Assembly (NCBI GenBank): GCA_028279595.1
Contig: JANQNK010000003.1
Span: 176,568 to 240,567, forward strand
DNA: 64,000 bases
Direction of reading: 5' to 3'
From: Thermoplasmatota archaeon
GTDB taxonomy: Archaea; Thermoplasmatota; JAKEGO01
Positions within the stretch are counted from its first letter, which is position 1; the number at the start of each line of letters is the position of its first letter. Below are positions 34,579-46,800 of this stretch, in pieces. The notes under the pieces were generated by a model. That model worked only from the letters and a program-made list of their open reading frames with translations. It searched no databases and was not told where the DNA came from. A program made the translations under genes and the position numbers.

Positions 34579-35621
34579 TGACCCTCACTCCTCTTCTTCG
34601 ACTTCTGCTCCTGGAACTCAACGGTGAACTTCGTCCCATCTGAGCTGTCGATATCGATGGTCCCGTCGAGCTGGTCCACGAGCGTGTTCACCAGCTGCAT
34701 TCCGAGTGAGTCGGTAGAAGCGAAGTCGAAATCGTCCGGCAGGCCCACGCCGTCGTCCGCCACCCTGAGCATGTATCCGCCGTTGGTGCTGGCCAGGGTG
34801 ATGAAGATCGTCCCCTTACGATCGTCGGGGAACGCGTACTTGAAGGAGTTGGAGGCCATCTCCGTTATCATGAGACCGCAGGGAATGCCCGTCTCCACGT
34901 TCAGGTTGATGTCCTCGATGTTCATCTCGATGGCGACGTTCTTCGACGTTGCCGAGTAGGTCCTGCGGAGCTGGTTGATGAGGGTCCTCGTGTAGTCCGA
35001 GAAATCGATGGACTCGAGGTCGTCGGACCGATAGAGACGCTCATGGACGAGCGCCATGGACTTGACGCGGTTCTGGCTCTCCCTGAAGATGTCGAGGACG
35101 ACCTCGTCCTCGATGAAGCGTGATTGTAACTGTAACAGGCTGGAAACGATCTGGAGGTTGTTCTTGACCCTGTGATGGATCTCCTTGAGGAGCCAGATCT
35201 TCTCCTCCAGGGATCTCTTGATCTGCTCTTCCGCCTTCTGCCGCTCGATGCCGTACCTGATGGCCTTCACCAGCAGGGCCCCGTCGGCCTTCCCCTTGAC
35301 GATGTAATCCTGCGCCCCCTCGCGCATGGCCCTCAAGGCTATCGTCTCGTCGTCGAGTCCGGTCATCACGATGATCGCGGTCGACGGCGCATGCGCATTC
35401 ATGACGAGGAACGTGTCGAAACCGCTCGAATCTGGAAGTGTGAGGTCTAGGAGTATCAGATCGAACTTCTCGTCGTTGATGAGGTCGATGCCCTCCTTCA
35501 GCGTCTCGACCCTCTGGAGGTCGATGCTCGTGGCACCAACCTCGAGTAGCATCTCCTGCATCAGCCGGGCGTCGCCCGGATTGTCCTCGACCAACAGGAC
35601 CTTCGTGGTTAGGTCATCCAT
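34575..35621 (-). CDS. Receiver + HisKA_2 histidine kinase
   Basis: REC ([10 protein letters not shown]...[10 protein letters not shown]), H-box [17 protein letters not shown], HATPase ([11 protein letters not shown]; DDGVGLP; SLGMQLV). The stop overlaps the next ATG (ATGA). Confidence 0.8.
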   Translation of the reverse strand: MDDLTTKVLLVEDNPGDARLMQEMLLEVGATSIDLQRVETLKEGIDLINDEKFDLILLDLTLPDSSGFDTFLVMNAHAPSTAIIVMTGLDDETIALRAMREGAQDYIVKGKADGALLVKAIRYGIERQKAEEQIKRSLEEKIWLLKEIHHRVKNNLQIVSSLLQLQSRFIEDEVVLDIFRESQNRVKSMALVHERLYRSDDLESIDFSDYTRTLINQLRRTYSATSKNVAIEMNIEDINLNVETGIPCGLMITEMASNSFKYAFPDDRKGTIFITLASTNGGYMLRVADDGVGLPDDFDFASTDSLGMQLVNTLVDQLDGTIDIDSSDGTKFTVEFQEQKSKKRSEGQ

Positions 35622-36105
35622 CTCCGTCACCGCGCGGGAGCTTCACCAGCGTGAGCCAGAAGTTCTCGATCGATTTCACGACCTCCATGAACTGTCCGAG
35701 ATCCACCGGCTTCGTGATGTAGCAGTTTGCATGATGATCGTACGTGTTCAGGATGTCCTCCTCCGCCTTCGATGTCGTGAGGATGACCACGGGGATCAGC
35801 TTGAGGTCGTCGTCCGCCTTGACCTCCGCCAGGACCTCCCTGCCGTCCTTCTTCGGAAGGTTCAGGTCGAGAAGGACGATGTCGGGACGGGGCTTCTCTG
35901 CGTACTTCCCCTCCTTCCTGAGGTACTCCATGGCCTTCTGTCCGTCGTCAACGACGTTCAGATTGGTGCGCACCTTCCCATCCTTGAACGCCTCCAAGGT
36001 GAGGCGCGCGTCCCCGGGATTGTCCTCCACAAGCAATATCTCAACGGTCTCTCCCATCTTGTTCACTGCCATCATCTCTCCCTCGAAGCTCTCTCCATCC
36101 ATCAT
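35614..36105 (-). CDS. Stand-alone receiver (Rcp1-like single-domain response regulator)
   Basis: [13 protein letters not shown]...[13 protein letters not shown]...ILTTS...ANCYITKP...ENFWL. Overlaps both neighbouring genes. Confidence 0.8.
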   Translation of the reverse strand: MMDGESFEGEMMAVNKMGETVEILLVEDNPGDARLTLEAFKDGKVRTNLNVVDDGQKAMEYLRKEGKYAEKPRPDIVLLDLNLPKKDGREVLAEVKADDDLKLIPVVILTTSKAEEDILNTYDHHANCYITKPVDLGQFMEVVKSIENFWLTLVKLPRGDGDG

Positions 36106-39100
36106 GGCGTCTCACTCCTGTTAATCGGGAAGGTGAAATTAAAGGTTGCGCCCTCGCCGGGCTCGGACTCGACCCAGATCTCCCCACCGTGTCTTTCCAC
36201 TATCCGCTTGCACACCGCCAGACCGATCCCGGTGCCCTCGTACTCCTCCCGGCCATGAAGCCTCTGGAAGATGACGAATATGCGCTCCTTGTACTCCGGA
36301 TCGATGCCTATGCCGTTGTCCTTGACGGATATCTTCCACATCCTCTCTTCCTGCTCCACTCCCACGTGTATCTTCGGCGAAGAGTCGCCGCGGAACTTGA
36401 TCGCGTTGGCCATCAGGTTCTGCATGAGCTGCGCGAGCTGCGACGGGTCTCCCGAGATGGGAGGGAGGTCATCGTGGGTGATCTCGGCACCGCTCTCCTC
36501 TATAGCTATCTTGAGGTTCGCGGTGGCGATGTCGAATATCTTCTGGAGTTCGAGGGGTTCGAACGGCTTTCCCCTCGTATTGACGCGTGAGTATTGAAGC
36601 AGGTCGTTGATGAGCGTCTGCATCCGCTTCGCTCCGTCCACGGCGTACTCGATGAACTCGTCGGCGTCGTCGTCAAGCTTGCCCTTGTACCGGCGTTCGA
36701 GGAGCTGGACATAGCTGGCGACCATCCTCAATGGTTCCTGCAGGTCGTGGGAGGCCACGTAGGCGAACTGCTCCAGTTCCTTGTTGCTTCGCTCCAGCGC
36801 CTTCGCGTAGTCCTGGACGTCATGCTCCACCTGACGCCTGAGCGTGATGTCCCTGACGGCTCCGAGCTCGGCGTAGTCGCCGTCGAACATGATGTTGGAT
36901 ACCGAGAACTCGCAGTACCTAACGTTCTTTCGACGTGTCATGATGCGCGCCTCGTAGGTGTGGGGGGCGCCCTTCCCCTCACGCCGCGCCTTGGTGACCT
37001 CCTCAATGACCTCGCGGTCCTCGGGGTGTATGAGATCGAGCATGCTCATCTCCATGAGCTCCTTGGTGTTGTACTCGGTGATGTCGCAGACCCTCTCGTT
37101 GATGAAGACCAGTCCGCCGATGGCCTCGATGTAGACCCCGTCGTGGCTCCTCTCGACGAGGGTCCTGTACTTCTCCTCGCTCTCCCGGATGGCCTCCTCG
37201 ACCTTCCGTCTCGCGCTTATGTCCCTTGCGATACCCTGGATCGCTACCGGGACCCCTCCCTTCAGGACGAGCGATGACATGACCTCGACCCAGACACGGC
37301 TGCCGTCCTTGCGCTTGAGCCTGAACTCCACAGGGTCCCGCTGATAACCGACCTTCATCAGCTCCTCCACGGTCCCGAACGCCTTCTCGAGGTCCTCCTC
37401 CTCGAGCAGGGTAGCAAAGTTCACTCCGCCGATCTCCTCCTTCCTGTATCCTGTAAGGTCCTGGGCCGCCTGGTTGGCGTCTATGAAGTGACCCTCGAAA
37501 TCGCTAGTGTAAACGGCGTCCATCGAGCCGTCGAAGAGGGACCTGTACCTGTCCTCCATGTCCTTGATCGCGATCTGTGCCTGCCTTCTCTGAATTGCGA
37601 CCGAGGCCTGGTTGATCAATGCCTCGATGAGCTCCAGGTCCTCGAGCTCGTTCTTCCTCTTCGGTATGATAATAACTGAACCGAACTGCTTTCCCTCGTT
37701 GATTATCCCCATCTCGTAGATGCTCCTGATCCCCATCATCCTGCCGCCGGTATTGATCACGGATGCAGGCAGGACACCGCTCGTCAATGCGGCGAGGTCC
37801 CCCTCCAGTTTCTTCAGATGGGGTCTGTCACCCTTGAACCTGGCTTCATCGGTCAACGGGAACTCCATCCCGACGATGTCCTTCCCGATGAGCTTCAACG
37901 CCTTACGCGCCTTATCATCGATCCCGTGGACGGACCTTATGACCATGGCGTCCTTCCTATCATCATAGAAGAGCATGAAGATGTATCCCTTGCCGATCTG
38001 TTCGAGGACCTTGTCCCCGATGAACTCGAAGATGTCGTACTCCATGGGAAGGTCGGCGTACTCGACGGTCATCTGCGAAAGCAGTGCCATATCGTGGAAG
38101 TACTTCCTCTCCTTCTCCTGGGTCTTTCGCCTCTCCGTGACGTCCCGCCCCAGCATGACCAGGCCCTGGACGTTCCCGGACGCGTCCCTGATCACCGAGG
38201 TCGTGAAGGAGACGGGTATCGATCTACCGCCAGGTCGCATGATGCTGGCATCGAGGTACTTCTTCGCGTCCTTTCCGACGACCTGCTTGTACCATCTCTC
38301 GCCAAGGGCCTTCCCGTCGCTGCCGGTGAATATCTTGGTCATCGGCATCCCGATGAGGTACCGCTCGGTCATCCCGGTGAGCCTGCTAGCGGCCTTGTTG
38401 ACCTTGACGATCGTCCCTGTGCTGTCGACGAGGAAGAGCGAATCCGACATGTTCCTTGTGATGTTCCCGGCGGCTGTCGCGGGATTGATGTTGAAGAGGC
38501 CGTACTTCGATATCCCGTATGCGATGAAGAAGTTACCGAAGGTGAACGACGTTATCTGCATCTCCGGATAACGGCTTCCCGCCAGCATCTGGCCGATGGA
38601 TGAGAAGCTTCCGAAGAGGATCGGGACCACGAGGCCCACGGTCACGAACTTCGCCTGCCCTTTCTTTTCCGCATCCTCCTGCTTCAGGTAATAACTGAGG
38701 CAGAGGTAGAGTGCGAGGAAGCTCATGAGGACGGCCCAAATGGGAATGACCGCTCCGATGATCGGGTCCCCCATGCTCTCGTAGGTCCATCCCCAGTAAT
38801 ACTTATCGGGGCGTCCCATGAACTCATCCATGAACAGGCCGAACGACGACAGGATGAAGGCGGGACCGTAGATCAGGACGTATGAGAGCCTGCTTTTGAG
38901 GAATTCGGTCGATTCCGTGTAGACCAGTGCGAAATTCAGGAGGAGCGCGACGGCGAAGGGCCACAGTGTATAGGCCTTCAACCAGAATTCCGCCATCTCG
39001 TAATCCCCGGCTATCCTGAGCTGGAACTCGATGAATGCGAAGGCGGCGATCGTCAATGAGAGGATCGCGAACATCCGGCTCTTCTGATCGCTCGAATTCC

Positions 39101-39185
39101 TCAGTACGATATGGGCGACGAACGCCGAGACGACGAACGCGTTGAACGAGAGGTATGCATAGATGTTCAGTTGCGCCCCCTCCAT
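36102..39185 (-). CDS. Membrane sensor kinase: 7TM N-terminal domain + PAS + GAF + 2x PAS + HisKA + HATPase
   Basis: About 230-aa polytopic N-terminus, H-box [14 protein letters not shown], ATPase motifs (NLMANAIKF; DNGIGI; GTGIGLAV). Confidence 0.8.
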   Translation of the reverse strand: MEGAQLNIYAYLSFNAFVVSAFVAHIVLRNSSDQKSRMFAILSLTIAAFAFIEFQLRIAGDYEMAEFWLKAYTLWPFAVALLLNFALVYTESTEFLKSRLSYVLIYGPAFILSSFGLFMDEFMGRPDKYYWGWTYESMGDPIIGAVIPIWAVLMSFLALYLCLSYYLKQEDAEKKGQAKFVTVGLVVPILFGSFSSIGQMLAGSRYPEMQITSFTFGNFFIAYGISKYGLFNINPATAAGNITRNMSDSLFLVDSTGTIVKVNKAASRLTGMTERYLIGMPMTKIFTGSDGKALGERWYKQVVGKDAKKYLDASIMRPGGRSIPVSFTTSVIRDASGNVQGLVMLGRDVTERRKTQEKERKYFHDMALLSQMTVEYADLPMEYDIFEFIGDKVLEQIGKGYIFMLFYDDRKDAMVIRSVHGIDDKARKALKLIGKDIVGMEFPLTDEARFKGDRPHLKKLEGDLAALTSGVLPASVINTGGRMMGIRSIYEMGIINEGKQFGSVIIIPKRKNELEDLELIEALINQASVAIQRRQAQIAIKDMEDRYRSLFDGSMDAVYTSDFEGHFIDANQAAQDLTGYRKEEIGGVNFATLLEEEDLEKAFGTVEELMKVGYQRDPVEFRLKRKDGSRVWVEVMSSLVLKGGVPVAIQGIARDISARRKVEEAIRESEEKYRTLVERSHDGVYIEAIGGLVFINERVCDITEYNTKELMEMSMLDLIHPEDREVIEEVTKARREGKGAPHTYEARIMTRRKNVRYCEFSVSNIMFDGDYAELGAVRDITLRRQVEHDVQDYAKALERSNKELEQFAYVASHDLQEPLRMVASYVQLLERRYKGKLDDDADEFIEYAVDGAKRMQTLINDLLQYSRVNTRGKPFEPLELQKIFDIATANLKIAIEESGAEITHDDLPPISGDPSQLAQLMQNLMANAIKFRGDSSPKIHVGVEQEERMWKISVKDNGIGIDPEYKERIFVIFQRLHGREEYEGTGIGLAVCKRIVERHGGEIWVESEPGEGATFNFTFPINRSETP

Positions 39186-39399
39186 ACTAGGGAGCCATGA
39201 ACGATACCTCTGGATGGACCGTGTCCGGAAAATTCGGTTCCACCAGCGTCATAGCGCTTTCGTCCCACCGACTCCACCGCTCAACGAATGTCCCTGTATA
39301 CTATATATGTGTTATGTGCTCGTAACCCTTGTATTCCTGCAAATAACCACGGTCCTTTATATATGAAACAGGACCGTCGATATCTCGGTTCGACGGTGT

Positions 39400-41583
39400 T
39401 CAGGTCCTGTCCTTGTACTTCAGGTCCTTGAACCTGATCACGAACGCGGTCCCGCCGCTCCTGTCGATCTCCACCGTTCCGTCAAGGTGGTCGGTCAGTG
39501 ATCCTATCAGCTGCATGCCGAGCGTGTCCTTTGCCCCGATATCGATCCCTTCAGGCAGACCGACGCCGTCGTCGGATATCCTGAGCTCGTACTCGGAGTC
39601 AGCAGTCTCCTTCAGAAAGAGGGATATCTTGCCCTTCCTTCCCTCCGGGAAGGCGTACTTCAGTGCATTGGATATCAGTTCGTTCGCAATGAGCCCGCAA
39701 GGGATACCCGTGTCGATGCTGAGGTGGATGTCCCCGACGTCGATCTCGTACGCGACGACCTCCGAGTTCACCCCGTAGGACTGGAAGAGGAACGACGTGA
39801 GTGTGGAAAGATACTCACCGAAGTCTATCTTGGCCAGGTCATCGGACTCGTAGAGCTTCGCGTGTAAAAGCGACATCGTCCTGATGCGGTTCATGCTCTC
39901 CATGAACATCAGATGCGAGACGTCGTCCGAGACCTTCTTCGACTGCAGGTGCAGGAGGCTGGATATGATCTGGAGGTTGTTCTTGACCCTGTGGTGGATC
40001 TCCTTGAGGAGGATCTCCTTCTCCCTCAGGTTGGCGCGGATCCGCTCCTCAGCCTTCTTCCTCTCCGTGACGTCGCGGCCGACCTCGATGACCCCGATCA
40101 CTAGGCCGTTCTCGTCGAAGTGACGGCTTGCATTCCAGGCGACGGTCCTCTCGCCGCCGTACTTGGTCTTGATCACCGTCTCGTGGTCCTGGTCCATCTC
40201 CCCTCCGCCGAGGATCCGGTTGAACCTCTCCTTGACGGCCTCCCTGGCCGTCTTGTCCGGATAGAGCCATTTCCAGATCTCGGTCCCGCCCACGATATCC
40301 TCCGATTCGTAACCGCTAATGGTCTCCGCCGCCTTGTTCCACACTAGGACGTTCATGCTGTCGTCCATGACCGTGAGCCAGTCGTTCGCGTTGTCGACGA
40401 TGAACTTGAGGAAGTTCGAGACCTTCTCGAGCTCGATCTCCGCCCTCTTCTGCTGGGTCACGTCCTTGACGGCGATCCCGAGCCTGCTGCCCGGCATCCT
40501 GAAGGCGCGGATGTTGTAGTAGCCCTCCGACAGCTCGCCCTTCAGGTGGAACGCCTCCTCCTCGAAGGGTTCGCCGGTTCTCATGACCTCGAGGAAGGCG
40601 TCCTTGAGCTTCAGGTCGGCGATGGGCGGCCAGATGTCCTCCATCTCCCTGGCTATCCACTCGTCCACGGAGCGTTTGATCAGGCGCTCGGCCTCCGGGT
40701 TCCCCTCGAGTAGCACCAGGCGGTCCTTGCCTTCGCGCTGGAATATGAGGAGTCCGGTCGGGATCGACCTCACGATGTCGGCGGAGGTCTGGAACGATTC
40801 CATCAGCGCCTTGGCGGCCCGAAGCCTCTCCGTTACGTCGTGGAACACGACCATCACAACGCCTATGGTCCCCATCTCGTCCTTGATGGGCGTCCCGCGG
40901 TACTCGATCATCTGCTCCGAACCGTCCTTCGAAATGAGTACAGGGTTCTCCGCCCTCTGCTTTTCCAGCTCCCCCTCGAGGATCTGCTGGGCGGTGTTCG
41001 TGAACCTCTCACCGCTCTGGTCGTCGACCACCCTAAAGACGTCGTCCAGGGCCTTTCCGTATGCGTCCTCCTGGGACCATCCCGTCAGCTCCTGGGCAAT
41101 CGGATTGATGTAGGTGACGATGCCGTCGGTGTCGGTCGTGATCACGGCATCTCCGATGCTCTGCAGGACGGTGGAGAGCCATTTCTCGCTCTCTCGGATG
41201 CTCTTGTCGATCCTGTGCTTGTTGAGGGCCATTTCGATGCCCGTGAACAGGTCCCGGTCCTCGAATGGCTTCAGTATGTATCCGAACGGGTTCGTCTGCT
41301 TCGCCCTGTCCAGTGTGACCTTGTCATTGTACGCCGTGAGATAGATTATCGGTATGTCGAGGAACGATCGGATCCTGTCGGCCGCCTGGACGCCGTCCAG
41401 ATCGCCCTTCAGTTGAATGTCCATGAGGACCAGGTCGGGCCTGTAGGTCTCGGCGCTCTCGACGGCCTCGGCGCCCGTGGACGCTATCCCGCACACGTCG
41501 TAACCCAGCGATTTGACCCTGTACTGGATGTCCTTCGCGACGATCTTCTCATCCTCTACGACCAGCACCTTGATGTTCGCCAT
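39400..41583 (-). CDS. Receiver + multi-PAS + HisKA_2 histidine kinase
   Basis: REC (VLVVEDEKIV...LVLMDIQL...KPF), 3-4 PAS modules, [17 protein letters not shown], HATPase. The ATG at 41583 shares 1 nt with the upstream stop. Confidence 0.8.
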   Translation of the reverse strand: MANIKVLVVEDEKIVAKDIQYRVKSLGYDVCGIASTGAEAVESAETYRPDLVLMDIQLKGDLDGVQAADRIRSFLDIPIIYLTAYNDKVTLDRAKQTNPFGYILKPFEDRDLFTGIEMALNKHRIDKSIRESEKWLSTVLQSIGDAVITTDTDGIVTYINPIAQELTGWSQEDAYGKALDDVFRVVDDQSGERFTNTAQQILEGELEKQRAENPVLISKDGSEQMIEYRGTPIKDEMGTIGVVMVVFHDVTERLRAAKALMESFQTSADIVRSIPTGLLIFQREGKDRLVLLEGNPEAERLIKRSVDEWIAREMEDIWPPIADLKLKDAFLEVMRTGEPFEEEAFHLKGELSEGYYNIRAFRMPGSRLGIAVKDVTQQKRAEIELEKVSNFLKFIVDNANDWLTVMDDSMNVLVWNKAAETISGYESEDIVGGTEIWKWLYPDKTAREAVKERFNRILGGGEMDQDHETVIKTKYGGERTVAWNASRHFDENGLVIGVIEVGRDVTERKKAEERIRANLREKEILLKEIHHRVKNNLQIISSLLHLQSKKVSDDVSHLMFMESMNRIRTMSLLHAKLYESDDLAKIDFGEYLSTLTSFLFQSYGVNSEVVAYEIDVGDIHLSIDTGIPCGLIANELISNALKYAFPEGRKGKISLFLKETADSEYELRISDDGVGLPEGIDIGAKDTLGMQLIGSLTDHLDGTVEIDRSGGTAFVIRFKDLKYKDRT

Positions 41584-43388
41584 CAATCTTCCTCCTTTCC
41601 TTCCTCGAACTCGATCCTGAACCCGACGCCCGGTCCGTTCAGGATCTCAATGCTGCCCTCGAGCTGCTCGACCAGGGTCCTGATCAGGACCATGCCCATG
41701 GATTCCATCTCCCGGGGGTCCGCGCCCTCGGGCATACCGATCCCGTCGTCAACGACGCTGAGCACCATCCCCCCTTCCTCGGACCTATGGAACCCGATCG
41801 TAATGCTTCCCTCGCGGCCGTCTGGGAACCCGTGCTTGAGGGAGTTGGAAACGAGTTCGTTGATCATGAGCCCGCAGGGGATCGCAGCGTCGATCCCTAG
41901 ATGGATGTCCTCGACGTCCATTCCGATGGTGACGCTGCCGGTCTCGTGGAGGTACGACCTCTTGAGTCCCGATATCAATGTGTCGATGTAGTCCAGGAGC
42001 TCGATCCTCGACAGGTCCTCCGACCGGTAGAGCTTCTCGTGGACGAGCGCCATGGACTTGATGCGGTTCTGGCTGTCCCTGTAGAGCTCTTCCGTCGGGA
42101 TGTCCTTCCCGAGCTCGCCCTGGAGGTTGAGCATGCTGGAGATCACCTGGAGGTTGTTCTTGACCCTGTGGTGTATCTCCTTCAGCATCAGTTCCTTCTC
42201 CCTCAGTGACGCCTTCGTCCTCTCGTCAGCCTCGACCCTCTCCGTGACGTCGGAGATGATATGGACCGCGCCCGTGATCGCACCGTTCTCGTCGAGGATC
42301 GGATCGATGGTGATCTCGAGCCAATTGTCGTCGTATCGGATCACCTTCGTAGCCCGGGCACGCGACCTGAGCACGTCACCCATCGGGCATCCCGATTCGG
42401 GTCCCTCCGGACCCCCGATGAGCTCGTAGCAGTTGGATCCGATGATCTCCGTGAACGGCTTCCCGATGAGCTTCGCGGTGGCCCTGTTGCACTGTATGAT
42501 CACGCCGTCCTCGTCCAGAAGACTGACGGCGTCTCCCATGGAGTCGAATGTCGACACCCACTGGCGGACGGCCGTTCCCAACGCCTCCTCCGCCCATCTC
42601 CTGCCCGTGATGTCGATGAAGGTGACGAGGTCTGCGAAGTGACCGCCGTACTCGATCGTCTTGGAGTACATATCGACCCATTTGGTCTCCCCGGCCTTGT
42701 TGATCAACCTGTACTGGTAATTGTTGACGACGTCCTTCTCGCCGGCCTGCTTCTTCCTGGCCTGCTCCATGACGAAGTCAAGGTCCTCGGGATGTATGAC
42801 GTTCGCGAACTCGTTCGGTGCCCAGGAGGTTATCTCGTCGATGGAGTAGCCCGTGGCGTTAGCGGCCGCCTGGTTGGCATACTTGAAGACGCCGTCCTGC
42901 AGGATGGCTATCCCTAGAAGCGACTGCTCCGACAGGAGCCGGAACATCTCCTCGCTGTCCTTGAGGGCCCGCTCGATCATGATCGATTCGGTGACGTCCT
43001 GGAAGCTCCCTTCGTAATAGTCGAGGTCTCCCTTCTCATCCCTTATCTCGCGGGAGTTCTCGACCATCCAGATGGTCCCGCCGTCGACCCGTCTCATCTG
43101 GGCCGTGAAGTTCTGGACCACGCCGTGCTCGGCCATGTTCCTCGTCCATTCGCGGCGAACCTTGTCATCCACGTAGAACTCCCCGGCGTTCATACCGCGA
43201 AGGGTATCGAGGTCCGGGCATCCGAGCATCTCGAGAAGTGCCGGGTTCGCGTCGACGACGTCCCCCGAAGGGGTCGTCCGGTACAGCCCTATCGGTACCC
43301 TGTCGTACAGGTCCCCGAGGTCCCGCTCGATGCCTCCGGCTCCCCGTCCCTTCTCCGCCTCGCCTGCTTCCACCTCAGGTCTTTTCAT
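41583..43388 (-). CDS. Multi-PAS + HisKA_2 histidine kinase
   Basis: 3 PAS modules, [17 protein letters not shown], HATPase (NELVSNSLKHGF; DDGIGMP). The ATG at 43388 is preferred over the TTG at 43400. Overlaps the upstream REC gene. Confidence 0.8.
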   Translation of the reverse strand: MKRPEVEAGEAEKGRGAGGIERDLGDLYDRVPIGLYRTTPSGDVVDANPALLEMLGCPDLDTLRGMNAGEFYVDDKVRREWTRNMAEHGVVQNFTAQMRRVDGGTIWMVENSREIRDEKGDLDYYEGSFQDVTESIMIERALKDSEEMFRLLSEQSLLGIAILQDGVFKYANQAAANATGYSIDEITSWAPNEFANVIHPEDLDFVMEQARKKQAGEKDVVNNYQYRLINKAGETKWVDMYSKTIEYGGHFADLVTFIDITGRRWAEEALGTAVRQWVSTFDSMGDAVSLLDEDGVIIQCNRATAKLIGKPFTEIIGSNCYELIGGPEGPESGCPMGDVLRSRARATKVIRYDDNWLEITIDPILDENGAITGAVHIISDVTERVEADERTKASLREKELMLKEIHHRVKNNLQVISSMLNLQGELGKDIPTEELYRDSQNRIKSMALVHEKLYRSEDLSRIELLDYIDTLISGLKRSYLHETGSVTIGMDVEDIHLGIDAAIPCGLMINELVSNSLKHGFPDGREGSITIGFHRSEEGGMVLSVVDDGIGMPEGADPREMESMGMVLIRTLVEQLEGSIEILNGPGVGFRIEFEEGKEED

Positions 43389-43839
43389 CCGCAACACCAA
43401 GACTCTCGTTCAGTATGAGCCAGTAGAGATTGAGCGCCCGAACCATCTCGAGCAGTGAATCGAAATTGACGGGCTTGACGAGATACGAGTTGGCGCCGAG
43501 GTCGTAGGCCCTCTTGATGTCCGAGATCTCCTTTGAGGAGGTCAGCACGACCACCGGCAACCTGCTCAGGCCCGGATGCTTGCGGAGCCAAGCGAGCACG
43601 TCGAACCCGGAGCTCCGGGGGAGCTTTAGGTCCAGGAGGAGCAGGACCGGATGGGGATACGCTTCCCTGTCAGCGTACTGGCCGTTCCCGGCCAGGTAGT
43701 CCAGCGCCTGGTCTCCGTCCTCTACGACTTGGATCGGGTTCCCGATCTCGGCCTTCTTGAATGCCCTCTTCACGAGCAGTACGTCGTTCGGGTCGTCCTC
43801 GACGAGCAGGATCGTGTAGTTCTCGACGTTCATCTTCAT
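43375..43839 (-). CDS. Stand-alone receiver (Rcp1-like)
   Basis: ILLVEDDPNDVLL...LLLLDLKLPRSSG...VLTSS...ANSYLVKP...LYWL. ATGA overlap with the upstream kinase. Confidence 0.8.
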   Translation of the reverse strand: MKMNVENYTILLVEDDPNDVLLVKRAFKKAEIGNPIQVVEDGDQALDYLAGNGQYADREAYPHPVLLLLDLKLPRSSGFDVLAWLRKHPGLSRLPVVVLTSSKEISDIKRAYDLGANSYLVKPVNFDSLLEMVRALNLYWLILNESLGVADEKT

Positions 43840-46800
43840 TCCTCCCTCAGGAGCTCGAACCAGAATCGGCTGCCCTTTCCGACCTCCGATTCCAGACCGA
43901 CGTTCCCGTTCATCCGGGCGACTCCCTTCCGCACGATCGCGAGCCCGATGCCCGTCCCGGGGAACTCCTCGGAGCCATGTAAACGCTCGAACACCCTAAA
44001 AATCTGTTCCTGGTGCTCGGGAGCTATCCCGATGCCGTTGTCCTCCACCCAGATCCGGACCCAATCCTCCCTGTCCTCGGCGTATATCCGGAGGTCTGGC
44101 TTGTCGTCCGGATCGACGAACTTGATGGCGTTCGTCACGAGATTCACTATCACCTGCGTGAGTGTCGGCGGGTTTCCCATGACCGAAGGCATGTAATCGC
44201 CCACCGTGATCTTCACATCCCTCGCCGACAGGTCGTGCCTCAGGTGCTCGAGGATCTCCTCGACCACCTCGCTGAGCTCCACCGGCTCGGGCGTGATATC
44301 CGTCAGGCTGAGCCTGCTGTAGACCAGGAGGTCCTGGATGAGGGAGTCCATCCTCTCGGACCCGCTGATGATCCTCTGGGCGTACTCCCTGCCCACGTCA
44401 TCGAGCTTCTCGCCGTAGTCCTCCATCAGGGCCTGGCTGAACCCGTACATGGCTCGCAGGGGAGCCCTGAGGTCGTGTGATACGGAGTATGCGAACGCCT
44501 CGAGCTCGGCGTTGGACTCCTCGAGCTCTGCCGTCCTGTCCGCGACGAGCTCCTCGAGGTGACGCCTGTAGATGATGAGCTCCTCCTCGGCGTACTGTCT
44601 CTGTATGGCAGCGCCGAACGTGTCCGCAGCGACCTTGATGGCGTCAAGTTCCGCGTTGGACCATACCCTCTCGGTCCGGCACTCGTCGAATCCGATGGTC
44701 CCCCACCAGTCGTGTCCTACGAAGATCGGGGCGAAGGTCACCGAGCGGACGCCAAGGTCCATGTACTGGGCCCTCCACCGGTCCGGGAAGTCACGGACGT
44801 GACCCTGGGTGACCTGCTGTCTCGAGAGAGGCCCCTTCCAGAAGGCCAGCCGTGATTCGTTGATCGGGATGGTGTTCACTGCGAGGTCCGTCTGCGGCTT
44901 GGCTATCGCACCGGTCCACTCGTAACGCAGTGTGGTGAGCATGCCGCCGCCAGGGACGGGTTCGTTCTCGTAGATGTAGACGCGGCAGACGTCGGTCCCA
45001 TTGCCCAGGCGTGACAGGATCTCCTTGATCCCCTCCTCCCAGTATGTCGTCTCGAGGAAACGCTCTGCAGCGAAGCCCACGGCCTCGAGGATGTCGTCCC
45101 GGCGGCGTATGTCCTCCTCCGCCTTGATCCTCTCGGTTGTGTCGGTGATGAAGCCCTCGAGGGCCTGCAGGTTGCCGGCCTCGTCGAACACTCCCTGGCC
45201 CTGCTCCCACACCCACCGCTCCTCGCCCCGGGCCGTATGGATCCTGTAGACGAGCTGGAACGGTTTGTTATCTCGGAGGCTGGTCTGGATCTCGTTCCAG
45301 GCGTACTCCCTGTCGTTGGTGTGGATGAGCTCCGTGTACGCGAGCTGCTTGTTACCGATCAGCTCGGACGGGTGGTGGTCGGTAAGGTCGAGGCACCCCT
45401 CGCTGATGAACTCCATTGTCCTCTCCCTGTCGTTCCGGCACCTGTAGGCCATCCCTGGGAGGTTGCTCATCAGGGTCGCGAGAGCCCTCTGGCTCTCCTC
45501 GAGCGCACTCTCGGCCGTCACGAGGTCCGCGATGTCCAGGACGACCGCGTACGCACCCTTGTAGTGTCCCTCGGTGTCGTAGACGGGAACGGCCGACGTG
45601 ATTGTCTGCACCCTCGATCCGTCCTTCCTGATGTATGCGACCTCGTAGGAGTTCGATCCCCCCTCCTTCCTCATGCGCATCTGCTCCTCCATTATCCGGA
45701 GGTTGTCCTCGTCGAGGAAATCGGTCACCGGCCGTCCGATGATCTCGTCCCTGTCATAGCCGAGGATCTCGCAGTGCCTCTCGTTCACGTAGATGATGAC
45801 CCCGTTCTCGTCCCTGATGCCGAGCCCCTCGCTCATCGTCTCGACGAGGGTCCTGTACCTCTCCTCGCTCTCGAGGAGTGCGCCCTCAGCCTGCTTCGCT
45901 TCGGTGATGTCCTCGAAGAGGGAAACGAAGTAACCCTCCCTCGGGCTGTAGGCCGACACCGAGAACCACCTGTCGAAGGCCCTGATGTTGATGATGAACC
46001 TGGTCTGCTTGCCCGTGGTCGCCACCTGGCCGAAGATCCCTATCATATCGGGGTCCGAATCCCGGACGTCGGGGATGACATCGGTGGCGTTCTTGCCGAT
46101 TATCTCCTCCCTGGTCAGTCCAGTGAAGCTCTCGAAGGAGTCGTTGACCTCGAGGAAGACCCAGTCCTTGACTGATCCGTCGTCCCCGGTCACGACCTTG
46201 TTGTAGGCGAATCCGTTGAACATGTTGTCGAACAGGGACCTGTAGCGCAGCTCGCTCTCCTGCAGCGCTTCGAGGGCCCACTTCCCTTCGGTGATGTCGA
46301 CGAGGTACCCTTCGAGGTAGCCCTCTTCCGGGAATATCTGCGCAGACAGGCTTCCCCAGAAGACCGTGCCGTCCTTCCTCTTGAAGCGGGTCTCGAAGTT
46401 GTCCACCTTCCCGGCGACCTTGAGCTTGGCCAGAAGTCTTTCCCTGGCGCTCGGGTCGATGTAGAGGTCCCCTGATCTGAAGTCCTCCATGAAGAGTTCC
46501 CTGTCGGTGTATCCGAACAGGCGCGAGAGCTGGGCGTTGCACTCGATGATCTCCCCCGTCGAGATCCGGGTCCGGTACAGTCCGACCAGAGCGCTGTCGA
46601 AGAGGTTCTGGTACTTCTCGGTGCTCTTGATGAGCTCCTGCTCGACCTTCTCCCTCTCGTCGACCTCCTGCTTGACATGGTCGTACGCCGTCCTCAGCTC
46701 CGTCGTCCTCTCCTCGACGATCTCCTCGAGATGGTCCCTGTGCTGACGGAGCTCCTCCTCCGCCTGTCTCCTGAGCGTGATGTCGCGCACCGATCCCAGG

